From Candidatus Borrarchaeum weybense (GTDB taxonomy: Archaea; Asgardarchaeota; Sifarchaeia; Borrarchaeales; Borrarchaeaceae), in contig JAHQJS010000007.1 of NCBI GenBank assembly GCA_019057385.1, positions 384,001 to 448,000 of the forward strand: DNA of 64,000 bases, given 5' to 3'. The position numbers were made by a program, and so were the translations under genes. Positions 20,799 through 30,815 of this stretch are shown here, piece by piece. Every line of letters starts with the position of its first letter. Positions within the stretch are counted from its first letter, which is position 1. Below the pieces are notes generated by a model. That model saw nothing but the letters and a program-made list of their open reading frames with translations, ran no database searches and was not told where the DNA came from.

Positions 20799-21257
20799 TT
20801 ATAAGAATTCCAAATCTAAAAGCTTTGGTCTCGGAATCATATTTCTGATATGATGTCCTTTCAATAAGCCACACCCGACTGGGAAATCAAGGTAGGTGAT
20901 CAAAACATAACCATTTAATGCATCTTGAACTTCATTTTTAGTAAGATCCAAATTTTCTCCTTGTATAAAACGGATTGTATGTTCTTTATTGAGTCTGATC
21001 TTGTTTTTGGTAGCATTCTTTCCAAAGAACTGTAAAAAAATAGTAGTAGGTTTGATGTCACGACTAATTCTTGCGATAAGGATGCCGCCAGTAACTGGTT
21101 TTGGCTTTTCAATAAGATTTTTCGGACCAATATAGATTCTACCTTTTGAAGCAGAATAAAACCTAAAATCTTCAAATAATTGTCTTTGGATCCCAAATCG
21201 TTCTTCAAAATAAATAAGAATCTTTTCTTGATCCTGAGGGGAACATTTGATAATCAT
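20799..21257 (-). CDS. NIP7/PUA-like RsmF C-terminal-like protein
   Basis: FIQGENL, GYVLI, GCG, NMIP; overlaps the stop of the m5C MTase gene. Confidence 0.7.
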   Translation of the reverse strand: MIIKCSPQDQEKILIYFEERFGIQRQLFEDFRFYSASKGRIYIGPKNLIEKPKPVTGGILIARISRDIKPTTIFLQFFGKNATKNKIRLNKEHTIRFIQGENLDLTKNEVQDALNGYVLITYLDFPVGCGLLKGHHIRNMIPRPKLLDLEFL

Positions 21258-22177
21258 TTTCTCACCTTAGCAATGAAAAATCCATCTGTATCGTTATGAT
21301 GTGGCCAGATCCGCACAGTTTTCTTGATCTCTGAATTAAATTGCTTACCATTGTATTCAAGAATTCCAGGTGAGAGTTTCATTTTCGGGATATTGATCCT
21401 TTCTATTGAAGCAGGATGATTTTCTAGTAGCCAGTTGATGACTCCTTCGTTTTCTTCTGGAGCAAATGTACATGTAGAATAGACTAGGCACCCTCCTGGT
21501 TTTAAAAGATTAAATGCTTTGACAATAAGTTGTTGTTGAAGGTTTGCATAGCCTGGGATCCTTTTTTCCTGATTAGACCATTTTGATAGCATGGTAGGGT
21601 TTTTTCTAATAGTTCCTTCTGAAGAACAGGGTACATCAACTAAAATAACATCAAAAGAGTTTTTTCCTGGAAAAAGCCGTAGATCTCGATTCGTGATGAC
21701 AACATTCAACGAGCCAGTTTTTTCGATATTAAATTTTAAAGCACGAATCCTGTTATAGTCAATATCATTAGCGATGATTATATCATTATTTTTCATCATT
21801 GCTGCAAGTTGAGTAGTTTTTGATCCAGGAGCTGCACAACCATCTAAAACAAATTCTGAATTTTGAAGTTCTGCATGCAATATTAGAGGAGGCAACATTG
21901 ATGTTAACTCTTGAATGTAGATATAACCTAAGAAGTTCTCCAAAGTGTTGCCAATAGAATTGTTTTGCGAAATAAAGGCATCTGAATGCCAAGGTACTTG
22001 TTTGAGATGTATACCATATTCTTCGAACCTCTCTTTCACAACTTGTTTGTCTGTCTTTAAAGTATTGACACGAAAGGTTTTAGGAAGATGTTGGAGTAAA
22101 CTTGTGAAAAAAGCATCTTGATCATCAACAATTTGTCCATATCGTTCAATAAATTGATCTGGAATAATCAGTTTCAT
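21254..22177 (-). CDS. RsmB/NOP2-family RNA m5C methyltransferase
   Basis: CAAPGSKT, DVPCS, YSTCT, EENE, GFF. Confidence 0.93.
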   Translation of the reverse strand: MKLIIPDQFIERYGQIVDDQDAFFTSLLQHLPKTFRVNTLKTDKQVVKERFEEYGIHLKQVPWHSDAFISQNNSIGNTLENFLGYIYIQELTSMLPPLILHAELQNSEFVLDGCAAPGSKTTQLAAMMKNNDIIIANDIDYNRIRALKFNIEKTGSLNVVITNRDLRLFPGKNSFDVILVDVPCSSEGTIRKNPTMLSKWSNQEKRIPGYANLQQQLIVKAFNLLKPGGCLVYSTCTFAPEENEGVINWLLENHPASIERINIPKMKLSPGILEYNGKQFNSEIKKTVRIWPHHNDTDGFFIAKVRK

Positions 22178-22210
22178 AACATCACAAAATTCTAGTGAAA
22201 AGGATTAATA

Positions 22211-22903
22211 TTATTTTGTCTTAAAACTTCTTGTTAATCTTTTTTGAATCTTTTCACTTGTTAGCTCCCTAATTGCATCAGAAGCAATCCATTTGGCACT
22301 TTTAGAGTTAATTGTTTTTATTTCTGTAGCTGTTTCAATAGCCTTCCTATTAAGAATAAGGTTTCTTTTTCCAATTTGTCTTAATGCCCAATTAATTGCC
22401 TTCTTAACAAAGTTTCTTTCATCAGTTGCTTCTCTTTTGATAATCTCAAGAAATTTGATAAATTCTTTATCTTCTTTCTTTTTATCGTGAACCGCTAGAG
22501 ACGCTAATATAGCGAAACCAGTCCTTTTAATAAACTCCTCTTTTCTGCTACTCCATTCAGCTACCTTTTGATAGGCGAATTGAGTTTTTCTAAAAAGATT
22601 ATTGGCACATTGGTCGCAAATATCCCAAGAATTAAAATCTTGCGCCCAACTTTCCATTTGTTGTTCAGTTACTTTCTTAGGGTCATCAATCAGGCTGGCA
22701 AGTAATCTAGCATCGTGGATACCAGACGACCATAGTTTTAATGCTAAAGGATGATTTTTACCAATTTCTTTTGATAAAATTCTCAAATCGGGTATTGATA
22801 CACCGTATGTATTGTTAGCAGTAATTCCAAACCTTTTCATCTTGTCTACTGCTTCTGGATTAGCTAAAGTCTTAAGTCTATCTAAAACTTCTTCAAATTG
22901 CAT
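22211..22903 (-). CDS. AlkD-like DNA alkylation repair protein
   Basis: GVSIPDLR, SWDICD, FVKKAINWALR. Confidence 0.88.
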   Translation of the reverse strand: MQFEEVLDRLKTLANPEAVDKMKRFGITANNTYGVSIPDLRILSKEIGKNHPLALKLWSSGIHDARLLASLIDDPKKVTEQQMESWAQDFNSWDICDQCANNLFRKTQFAYQKVAEWSSRKEEFIKRTGFAILASLAVHDKKKEDKEFIKFLEIIKREATDERNFVKKAINWALRQIGKRNLILNRKAIETATEIKTINSKSAKWIASDAIRELTSEKIQKRLTRSFKTK

Positions 22904-22921
22904 TAAAATCTTCCACCATTA

Positions 22922-24469
22922 TTAGGGTGATCTTTCAATAACTAAATCAGCAGCCAAGTTACCAGTGTACATTGCTGTGGGATAACCACCTAAGAACAGT
23001 TCGGAGGCAGCATACATACCTACCATTAATAAATTTTCAATTGGAGTTTCTATCAATAATTTGCCTGGAAGTTTTTTAGATTCATTTACATTCCATGACC
23101 AGCCTGCTATAGAACCCTGAAATCGCTGACTAAAGTCTTCATAAGTTAGCGGAGTTCCGCTATCCATAACTTCAATTGCAGAAGATAAGCCTGGTATAAT
23201 ATTCTCAGCGGTTTTTATTAGCTTCTCAGCTAATTGTTTCTTATAAGAAATATATCCCTCTTTACGTTTCATTTCGCCTAATTTCCAATGAGCAAAGGGT
23301 TCATAAGGAAAACCTGAACGAAGAACTAAGGTTAATTTTTCAAGGGGTGCAGAATCGCGTGCATTTTCTGACCAAAAACTTATCTCAATTTCTCGATTAT
23401 CAAAGTCTTCTAAGTCAAATTTCTCAGGTGGTTTTATTTCTTTACGAAAATAAACACGTTGGGCTTTGATTTTGCTTAAATCAACTTTCTTTGAATCAAC
23501 ACCTAAATAGACACAGAATTCTGAATCGAAAAAGGCTGCATCCTTAATCACATTCAAATATTCTTCCGGAATTTTCTTGGGGTCTACTAACTCTAAAAAA
23601 GTCCTCTTATAATCAGCATTTGATATTACCCATTTAGATTCAAAGATTTCGTTTTTTATGGTCTTTACACCAGTTACACGGTTATTTCTATCGATTAAAA
23701 TTTCTTTGACGGACGAAGCTACTTTAACTTCCCCATTATAATTTAGAAATGTATCATAGATTGATCGGTTAATTCCGTGCATTCCGCATGAGGGATACCA
23801 TATCCCTTTTTCTGAAATTAAGCACCACATAATTGCAAGTAGTAACATAGACATATTGGGTCTATATGTGCCTTGAGATCCCAGAAAATTCTGTAATATC
23901 TCATTAGAAATATATTTTTCGAGTATTTGTTTAGCTGAAATTTTGGAATATTTTTCTATAAGTTCAAACTCATGCTTATATTTTAAGAGTAAGTTCTTAC
24001 GTGCGTTGTCTCTCTTTTTTCCGATTAAATAATCTGGGTGCCATTGGTGAACGTTAACGGTAGCTTTCATGATTTTTTCTAGTTCATCAAGAAATTTATC
24101 AATCCCATCTTGCTCCTCGGTGAAAATTTTTTTCAGACTTATTCTTAATTCTTGAATTGGCTGGGAATACACAATATCAAAAAGGGGCGTTATCAGTTGA
24201 AAGTTATTCTTACGGAATTCAATCTTCTCCTCAATTCCAAGTTCCGTTAATATTTCAATTAGCAAATCAGGATAACTAAATGATAAGGGGCCCATTGGGA
24301 AATAAAACTCGCCTCTCTTGAAAATGTGGCTAGTTCCACCGATAACGCGCATTTTTTCTAACAACAATACCTTCTTACCATTCTTAGCTAACTTTGCCGC
24401 ACATGTTAACCCACCAATCCCCGAACCAATAACTATGACATTATACAATCCATACACACCTGAATACAT
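22922..24469 (-). CDS. Phytoene desaturase-family FAD oxidoreductase
   Basis: GSGIGG, ISNAD, TPLT, TPIENL. Confidence 0.82.
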   Translation of the reverse strand: MYSGVYGLYNVIVIGSGIGGLTCAAKLAKNGKKVLLLEKMRVIGGTSHIFKRGEFYFPMGPLSFSYPDLLIEILTELGIEEKIEFRKNNFQLITPLFDIVYSQPIQELRISLKKIFTEEQDGIDKFLDELEKIMKATVNVHQWHPDYLIGKKRDNARKNLLLKYKHEFELIEKYSKISAKQILEKYISNEILQNFLGSQGTYRPNMSMLLLAIMWCLISEKGIWYPSCGMHGINRSIYDTFLNYNGEVKVASSVKEILIDRNNRVTGVKTIKNEIFESKWVISNADYKRTFLELVDPKKIPEEYLNVIKDAAFFDSEFCVYLGVDSKKVDLSKIKAQRVYFRKEIKPPEKFDLEDFDNREIEISFWSENARDSAPLEKLTLVLRSGFPYEPFAHWKLGEMKRKEGYISYKKQLAEKLIKTAENIIPGLSSAIEVMDSGTPLTYEDFSQRFQGSIAGWSWNVNESKKLPGKLLIETPIENLLMVGMYAASELFLGGYPTAMYTGNLAADLVIERSP

Positions 24470-24621
24470 CTTGTTTTATTTTCTATTTTTGAAAATGCGA
24501 CCCTCATTAAAATTCAAAAATATATCTTAATGATTTCATATGTATAAAATGTAGTTTTTCACTGCTACGCCTCAAGGAAGCCCCGATCCTTTCCTACAAA
24601 AATCAGAATTGTGGGTATTTA

Positions 24622-25815
24622 TTATTTGAGATTAAGGAATTGTTTTAAGTCTTCTAAATTCCTTTTAACAAAAAGCAAATTAGGATCAATTTCTAATGCT
24701 TTTTTATAACACTTTAACGCATTTTTGTGTCGATTTAACGCTCTGTAAGCAAGTCCCATAAGCCCCCACGCTTTTGCATTATTTGCATCGATCTCTACTA
24801 CTTTTTCAAATTGTTTAATAGCATTATGATACTTTCCTAAATAGTAAAAAGCAGTTCCCATTAGATTCCATGCATCTACATACATTATGTCGATTCTTAG
24901 TGCCTTTTCACAGTTTACAATAGTTTTACTATGATCTCCTAGTTTTCCATAAACAACACCCATATTATACCAAGCTTTGGCGAATTTCGGATTGATTTTA
25001 ATAGCTTTTTGAAAACATTTAATTGCTTTTTTGTGCTCTCCTAAATGATCATAGGCCAGACCAATAAGATTCCATGCATCTAAATAATCAGGATTGATTT
25101 CAAGCACTTTTTCAAGACATTCAATAGATCTTGTATGCTCACCTATCTCACCATGGGCTACTCCCATACTATACCATGCATCAGCATCTTGAGGATCAAA
25201 TTTTAACGCTACTTGATAACTGTTAATAGCATTTCTGTGTTCACCTAGCCTTCCATATGAGACCCCCATTTTATACCATGCATCAACATGATCTGATTTA
25301 AGATCTATTGCTTTCTTAAAACATTCAAATGCCTTATTGTGATCTCCCACCTCACTATATACTACACCTAAACTATACCACGCATCAGCTTTCTCTGGAT
25401 CGATTTCCAGTGCTTTTTCATAGGAATGAAGTATGTTTTTATAATCATTTAACCTCCCATAAGCCACTCCCATCATTAGCCAGGCATCTGAATTGTTAGG
25501 ATTTACATCCAAAGCTCTATGGTATGCTCCTACTGCATTTTCATATTCACCTAAATAGTAATAGGCACCACCCATGAGTATCCAAGCATCTACAAATTCA
25601 TAATCTATTTCTAAGGCTTTTTGATAACATTCAATCGCTTTCTTATAATCATCCAGTTTCCCATATGCTTTTCCCATAAGCGCTAAAATAATAGACTGTT
25701 TGTTATTTTCGTTAACCTTTAATGCTTTTTCGTATTCTTTTATAGCTTTTTTATATTTTCCTTCTTTATAGTGTTTATTTCCTTTGTCAATCATATTTTT
25801 AGGGCTTATCTGCAT
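24622..25815 (-). CDS. TPR-only protein
   Basis: About 11 regular 34-aa TPR repeats. Confidence 0.93.
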   Translation of the reverse strand: MQISPKNMIDKGNKHYKEGKYKKAIKEYEKALKVNENNKQSIILALMGKAYGKLDDYKKAIECYQKALEIDYEFVDAWILMGGAYYYLGEYENAVGAYHRALDVNPNNSDAWLMMGVAYGRLNDYKNILHSYEKALEIDPEKADAWYSLGVVYSEVGDHNKAFECFKKAIDLKSDHVDAWYKMGVSYGRLGEHRNAINSYQVALKFDPQDADAWYSMGVAHGEIGEHTRSIECLEKVLEINPDYLDAWNLIGLAYDHLGEHKKAIKCFQKAIKINPKFAKAWYNMGVVYGKLGDHSKTIVNCEKALRIDIMYVDAWNLMGTAFYYLGKYHNAIKQFEKVVEIDANNAKAWGLMGLAYRALNRHKNALKCYKKALEIDPNLLFVKRNLEDLKQFLNLK

Positions 25816-25911
25816 CCCTCTATCAATCTATTGAGTAATCATTTTTCGAATAACATTGAGATATTTTGTTTAGTCTTGTGCTAAATAAAAAACCCATCTA
25901 ACTATGAAGTT

Positions 25912-27099
25912 TCACTGGATGCTTTCTAATATTTCTAAATTCCTTTTAGCCAAGACCAATTCTGGATCTAGTTCTAGCGCCTTTCCATAATATTTGATCG
26001 CCTTTTTGAATTCATTCAAAGCCTCACAGGCAATTCCTAAAAGTTCCCATGATTTTGCATTCTCAGGTTCAATATTCAACGCTTGTTGATAGTATTTTAC
26101 TGCCTTTTCGTACTCACCTAAATTATAATAAAGTTGTCCTAAAAGATTCCATGGATCTGTATTCCTCGGATTGAGTTCCACGGCTTTCTGGCAATATTCT
26201 ATTGCCTTATCACGATCACCTAATTTTCCATAAGCTTCTCCTACATTATACCATGCTTTTGCAGATTCAGGATTGATTTTTAGCACTTTCTGATAAAAGT
26301 CAACAGCTTTATTATATTCGCCTAAATGGTAGTAAGCGTCTCCTAAATTGTACCAGAGGTCTGAATTTCCCGACTTCACTTCCAAGAATTTTTCATACCA
26401 TTCAATTGCTTTGTTATATTCACCTAACTCCCCGTACGCTATACCCATATCATACCAGGTAATTGTATCTTCAGGATTGATTTTTAAAACTTGATGATAA
26501 CAATTAACCGCATTCTGATGCTCACCTAATTTACTATAAGCGATTCCCATTTTGTACCAAGGATCTGAAAACACAGGTGTTATTTCCAATGAATTTTGAA
26601 AGCATTCGATGGCTTTGGTATGCATAAATAATTCTTCATACACCAAACCCATGCCATACCAAGCATCAGGATCATTTGGGTTTATATCAAGTGCTTTTTG
26701 ATAGCAATCAATGGTTTTTTCATGCTTGTCTAAAGTGCTGTAAACTACACCCATAAGAAGCCATGTATCTGCATTATCAGGCTTGATTTCAGCCGCGTGA
26801 TGATAGCAGTCAATGGCTTCTTTATATTTGCCTAAATAGTAGTATGAACCACCCATGAGCACCCAAGCATCTGCTTTTGTAGCATCGATGTCCATTGCTT
26901 TTTGATAGCAATCAATAGACTGCTGATGTTCACCTAGCTTTCCATGTGCCTTTCCCAAAAATATCCATGCAATATAGATATCTTCTGATTCTTCCAAGGC
27001 TTTTTTGTATTCTTTAATGGATTCTTTATATTCTCCTTGATCATAATAGGTTTTTCCTTTCTCAAGATGAATATTGTTTAGCATTTTAGCTTCACTCAT
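25912..27099 (-). CDS. TPR-only protein (start revised to ATG 27099)
   Basis: About 11 TPRs, paralog of neighbour; the longer ORF call overlaps the upstream gene. Confidence 0.9.
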   Translation of the reverse strand: MSEAKMLNNIHLEKGKTYYDQGEYKESIKEYKKALEESEDIYIAWIFLGKAHGKLGEHQQSIDCYQKAMDIDATKADAWVLMGGSYYYLGKYKEAIDCYHHAAEIKPDNADTWLLMGVVYSTLDKHEKTIDCYQKALDINPNDPDAWYGMGLVYEELFMHTKAIECFQNSLEITPVFSDPWYKMGIAYSKLGEHQNAVNCYHQVLKINPEDTITWYDMGIAYGELGEYNKAIEWYEKFLEVKSGNSDLWYNLGDAYYHLGEYNKAVDFYQKVLKINPESAKAWYNVGEAYGKLGDRDKAIEYCQKAVELNPRNTDPWNLLGQLYYNLGEYEKAVKYYQQALNIEPENAKSWELLGIACEALNEFKKAIKYYGKALELDPELVLAKRNLEILESIQ

Positions 27100-27172
27100 T
27101 CTTATGCTAAGAAAATCCCCTTCCCGGTGAATAATAAATTTTGTGGAGGGAGAGCTGATCGAGTTTGATGGA

Positions 27173-29038
27173 TCACATTTTAGGGGCTTTACTGTGCATT
27201 TTACATAAGTTATTGTCCATATCCCAACATTGCAAGCAAACCCAGCCCATGCATTCTGGGCAATAGTGAATTTCTTCAAAAATTTTCGATGCTCTAAGTT
27301 TTTCCAGTAATTTATCTTTCTCCTTTTGTGTAAGAAAAAAAGTTTGATCTGGAATCGTTTCCTTTTGCTTATAGAGATCTAATGCTTGCTGTAAATCTGT
27401 AGTTGCATGTCCATAGTCTCCTACTACAATTTTCGCTCCAAGTTTAATTCCATATGCTAACAGTTTTACCCATTTTCGCCATTCTTTATCGCGAATTTCA
27501 CCTATATGTTCTCCGTTGCAGCTACACGTAAAAATTAGCCGAAGCGTGTCCCTCAACTTTCCTGATATCACTTCTACGCGTGATGGAAGAGGAATTGTTT
27601 TCGCAATCTCACCAAGTTTTTCCCTAATAGCCATATCATGCTCTTCAATTCTTGAAATTGTTGTATGCAGTTTTTTAGCAATTTCATTAAGAAATCCGAC
27701 AATTAATTTTTCTGCTGGTGACAAAGCTGTTAGTTCTGCATCATTTCCTACCTTCTTGAGTAGGAGACCGAAAAATTCATGTTTTAAACTTTCACCAGAA
27801 AACTGTGCGTTATCCTCATTTACGTTTACTAAAGATAAGCCGCAGATCCTTTGAATTTCTTGAATGAGAACATCAAAATCTTCAACATTTTCTAGAACAA
27901 TAGTATTCTTTTTTAACGAATCTCTTGTACTTTCTTGCTGAAAGACATCTTGAGACACGAATTTCGGCTTTACAAACTGACACGCTTCAATAAACTTCCC
28001 AGGAACTTCTTTAATGATTCTATTATCCTGATAATCCCGGTAGAATAGAACTGCTCCAATCTTGCTGACTGTACAGATTCTAGGTCTTAAATAATAAATA
28101 GCTGTACGAGCTTCTCCTGGGCGAATTTTTTGAAGATAGACAAGACGACCTTCGGTTTGTGATCCTTCTGCACGTTTAAGATCAAGAATATCTTTCGGGT
28201 AATCCAGTTTAATATCCACGTCATGTATAACATATCGAGTATGATTCTCTACCCGAAAACCAAACTTGATAGTATCTCCCCATGGAACAAAACCCCGTTT
28301 CACAACAACTTCATTCTCTGTTTTCTCACAAATTAAAATCTTTGAAAATACCTCAGTGTCATCTTCTGAAACAATTACTTCTGTATCTGGAATGACATCA
28401 GGAAATGAATCAGAAGGAATTTCATTAGGTTTTGTGACTTCTTTTCTTTTTTGATCCAGTTCATGGAGTGCATGTTCTAGATTTTCTTTTGCACCCTTAT
28501 GATCGGGATTTATTTCTAAAGCTTTTTCATAGTAATAGATTGATCTGCTTAAATCTCCTAGATTTTGATATGCCTCTCCCATGTAATTCATAGCATTCTC
28601 AGATCTGTTATTGATTTTCAATGCTGCGTGAAAACACTCAATTGCCTCTTTATATTCCTCCATAGCCATCTTACACCAGCCTAAGTTGACCCAAGTATGC
28701 GCATCTTCTGATTTTAATTCCAGAACTTTGTCAAAACTTTCAATTGCCCATTTATACTTGCCCAATTCTTTGTATGCCATTCCCAAATTACGCCATCCCT
28801 CAATATTTTTAGGATAAAGATTTACGACTTCTTGAGCGCATTCAACAGCTTTCTTATAATTACCGATCATTCTATATGTGGCGCTTAGGGCATTCAAACC
28901 ATCAGCAAATTTGGGGGCAAGCTTTACAGCTATTTCGAAGTGTTCTTTGGCTTTTTTATAATTCTCTTGTGAAAAATGATACTTTCCGGTCCAAAAATAA
29001 TAATTTGCCTTTACAACATCAAGCATTTTTGGATACAC
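27173..29038 (-). CDS. TPR + adaptin/COP appendage-like + zinc-finger protein
   Basis: About 5 TPRs, beta-sandwich, FVKPKFVSQDVF, C-terminal CPEC..CLQC..C..H. Confidence 0.7.
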   Translation of the reverse strand: MYPKMLDVVKANYYFWTGKYHFSQENYKKAKEHFEIAVKLAPKFADGLNALSATYRMIGNYKKAVECAQEVVNLYPKNIEGWRNLGMAYKELGKYKWAIESFDKVLELKSEDAHTWVNLGWCKMAMEEYKEAIECFHAALKINNRSENAMNYMGEAYQNLGDLSRSIYYYEKALEINPDHKGAKENLEHALHELDQKRKEVTKPNEIPSDSFPDVIPDTEVIVSEDDTEVFSKILICEKTENEVVVKRGFVPWGDTIKFGFRVENHTRYVIHDVDIKLDYPKDILDLKRAEGSQTEGRLVYLQKIRPGEARTAIYYLRPRICTVSKIGAVLFYRDYQDNRIIKEVPGKFIEACQFVKPKFVSQDVFQQESTRDSLKKNTIVLENVEDFDVLIQEIQRICGLSLVNVNEDNAQFSGESLKHEFFGLLLKKVGNDAELTALSPAEKLIVGFLNEIAKKLHTTISRIEEHDMAIREKLGEIAKTIPLPSRVEVISGKLRDTLRLIFTCSCNGEHIGEIRDKEWRKWVKLLAYGIKLGAKIVVGDYGHATTDLQQALDLYKQKETIPDQTFFLTQKEKDKLLEKLRASKIFEEIHYCPECMGWVCLQCWDMDNNLCKMHSKAPKM

Positions 29039-29309
29039 TCCCCCAATAACCAGATTTCAACTCACGTAACATCTCATATTCTTGATATAAAATATCCTCT
29101 GAAGTTCTTGAAGTCTGCTTAGTTAAATACTACATTATTACTTATAAAACCCCATCAGCTTTCGGAAAATCTACAGCTAATCTTATATATGAAGGAAGCG
29201 TTTATATCTCAACCCGTGGGCGGGTTCTCAATACCAAGAAGAAAATACGTTAAATGTTCTAAAAACCGCTTTTTGACTAATACTGCACTTAAGCTAGGAG
29301 TGTGTGTAC

Positions 29310-29647
29310 TAGTAACTGCGCAAGCAAGCACCAAAGCTTCAATGTGGTGATGAATTGAGTGAGTGTGAACGTTCATCACTTGCATCGAAGGGTCTCCCTA
29401 ATAGTTATATAGAAGGTATGAAGAAAATAGTAACAGTAATTGGAGGGATAATACACATACTTGTAGACATGGTGCATACTCCGATTGCATTAAATAAAAG
29501 CAGTACCTACGGGACGTAGGGATGTTAAGCCTGTGGAGACTAAATCCTCTACTGAGGCCGTGGAATACCTCAATAGTATCCCCTAGGTCATAGCAAGTTC
29601 GGGCGTCGAAGCAGGATGCCTCAACGCTTTAGCGTGAGGTAGTTCAC
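29310..29647 (+). mobile_element. Non-autonomous TnpB-type IS200/IS605 element retaining omegaRNA region, no tnpB
   Basis: Left end gcaagcaagcacc...gatgaattg; tnpB 3' remnant VPTGRRDVKPVE; right-end hairpin cctcaacgctttagcgtgagg-tagtTCAC; left boundary approximate. Confidence 0.78.
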
Positions 29648-29669
29648 TAAGATGGAAATGCTAGAAGAA

Positions 29670-29960
29670 GTCAATCACCCCTTAACAAGTTAAGGGGCTT
29701 GTTCCGTGAGGAATAAGAGTAATTGGTTGATTAGCCTAAGAGAGGTCATGGTGGAAACAACATGACGGTATCTACGTTATCAGGAGAGTTAAAGAACGCA
29801 CCAAGGGATGCTTCTCTAGTCCCTTGCTCTGTAAACGGTGGTTTAAACAGAGAGGAAACTCTCAGTGATCATCGTATAGTACTGACTGATAACCTTGGCG
29901 AAGAGAACCTACTCCCTTGATGTTGGGAGCGACGGGACTTGCGAGTACCCGTCATTAAAA
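29670..29960 (+). ncRNA. HEARO / IscB omegaRNA scaffold
   Basis: GTCAATCACCCC..GGGGCTTG..GTTGATTAG..CTACGTT..GGATGCTTCTCTAGTCC..GGCGAAGAGAA pattern with pseudoknot complement; 3' end approximate. Confidence 0.8.
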
Positions 29961-30075
29961 CACCACCTGAGGTTAGGTATATCATCCCCTGTCTTCGTAG
30001 AAAGGGTTGTGTGAGCAACGCCCGGGATCAATTCCTCACCCCAACAAGTTGGGGGGTCTCCTTGAGGTAATAATT
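29670..30075 (+). mobile_element. Non-autonomous IscB-type IS200/IS605 element (406 bp), no iscB
   Basis: Terminal hairpins with AACAAGTT loop; second copy at 58543..58947; followed by ATGA. Confidence 0.88.
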
Positions 30076-30447
30076 ATGATGCCATTTCAAGAAATGATGG
30101 AACAGATGAAAAAACAAATCCGTGAAGGCATCAAACTAAAACGTCCTTCTCCTAATTCCATACAAATGTCAATTGATAAAAACATTGTGGATGAGAATAC
30201 AAGCTCTCAAATTCTGAATCTTGATGAGATGAAGAAAAACATAGGTGAAATCACAGGCAACCCTGAAGATTTGATTTCATTTGAAGCAGGCGATGATAAT
30301 ATTAAACTAGGTTTCAGTGGAGAGGAACCAGCTAATAAAGTGTTTCAGTTTCTAAACGAATTTCTTTACGGGGATATGTTAGATAAACTTATGAAGCCAT
30401 TTCTTGAAATGATGGAGCAGATGAAAAAGAGTTTTGGCGCTGAGTAA
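30076..30447 (+). CDS. Hypothetical Met-rich protein; first 6 codons (29652..29669) detached by insertion
   Basis: Empty site reads MEMLEE|MMPFQEMMEQMKK in frame; element end supplies GAGGT before ATG. Confidence 0.75.
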   Translation: MMPFQEMMEQMKKQIREGIKLKRPSPNSIQMSIDKNIVDENTSSQILNLDEMKKNIGEITGNPEDLISFEAGDDNIKLGFSGEEPANKVFQFLNEFLYGDMLDKLMKPFLEMMEQMKKSFGAE

Positions 30448-30815
30448 TTCAATTAATAAGGTTAACAAGAAACTAACGATAAGTTATAGCCCATTTAATC
30501 TCTCTTTTTTTATCTTTAGTTTTCTATAATGTTCTTACTTACTTTATTCCAAAATAGTTGATTCTTATCGAAATTTTCAAACTGAAATCTCTTATAAAGA
30601 GATGTAACAGAAAAAAGATTTATAAATTTCACTTCAATGATTTTCAAAATAGTTTGTATTTAATTTACAAACTTCATTCTACCGAAAGAAGGTCCTGAAA
30701 AAGGATGAGTACCTTATGGTGTCTGTTGGACCATTGGATTTAGGAATTAGCATTGGAATCATTATCGCTATTTATTTACTTCTTTTAAAGCGAAATGCAG
30801 ATTCTCTTGAACGTT

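Noticed and set aside
24566-24592. IS left-end-like fragment cctcaaggaagcccc
   Set aside because: Too short, with no hairpin partner or right end
27100-27279. Extended N-terminus of the second TPR gene
   Set aside because: Overlaps the upstream gene; paralog alignment favours ATG 27099
29670-30075. Self-splicing intron (IStron) explanation for in-ORF insertions
   Set aside because: No group I core motifs recognised, and one host gene is decayed
30007-30075. ORF-track N-terminal extension of 30007..30447
   Set aside because: Lies within the mobile element end
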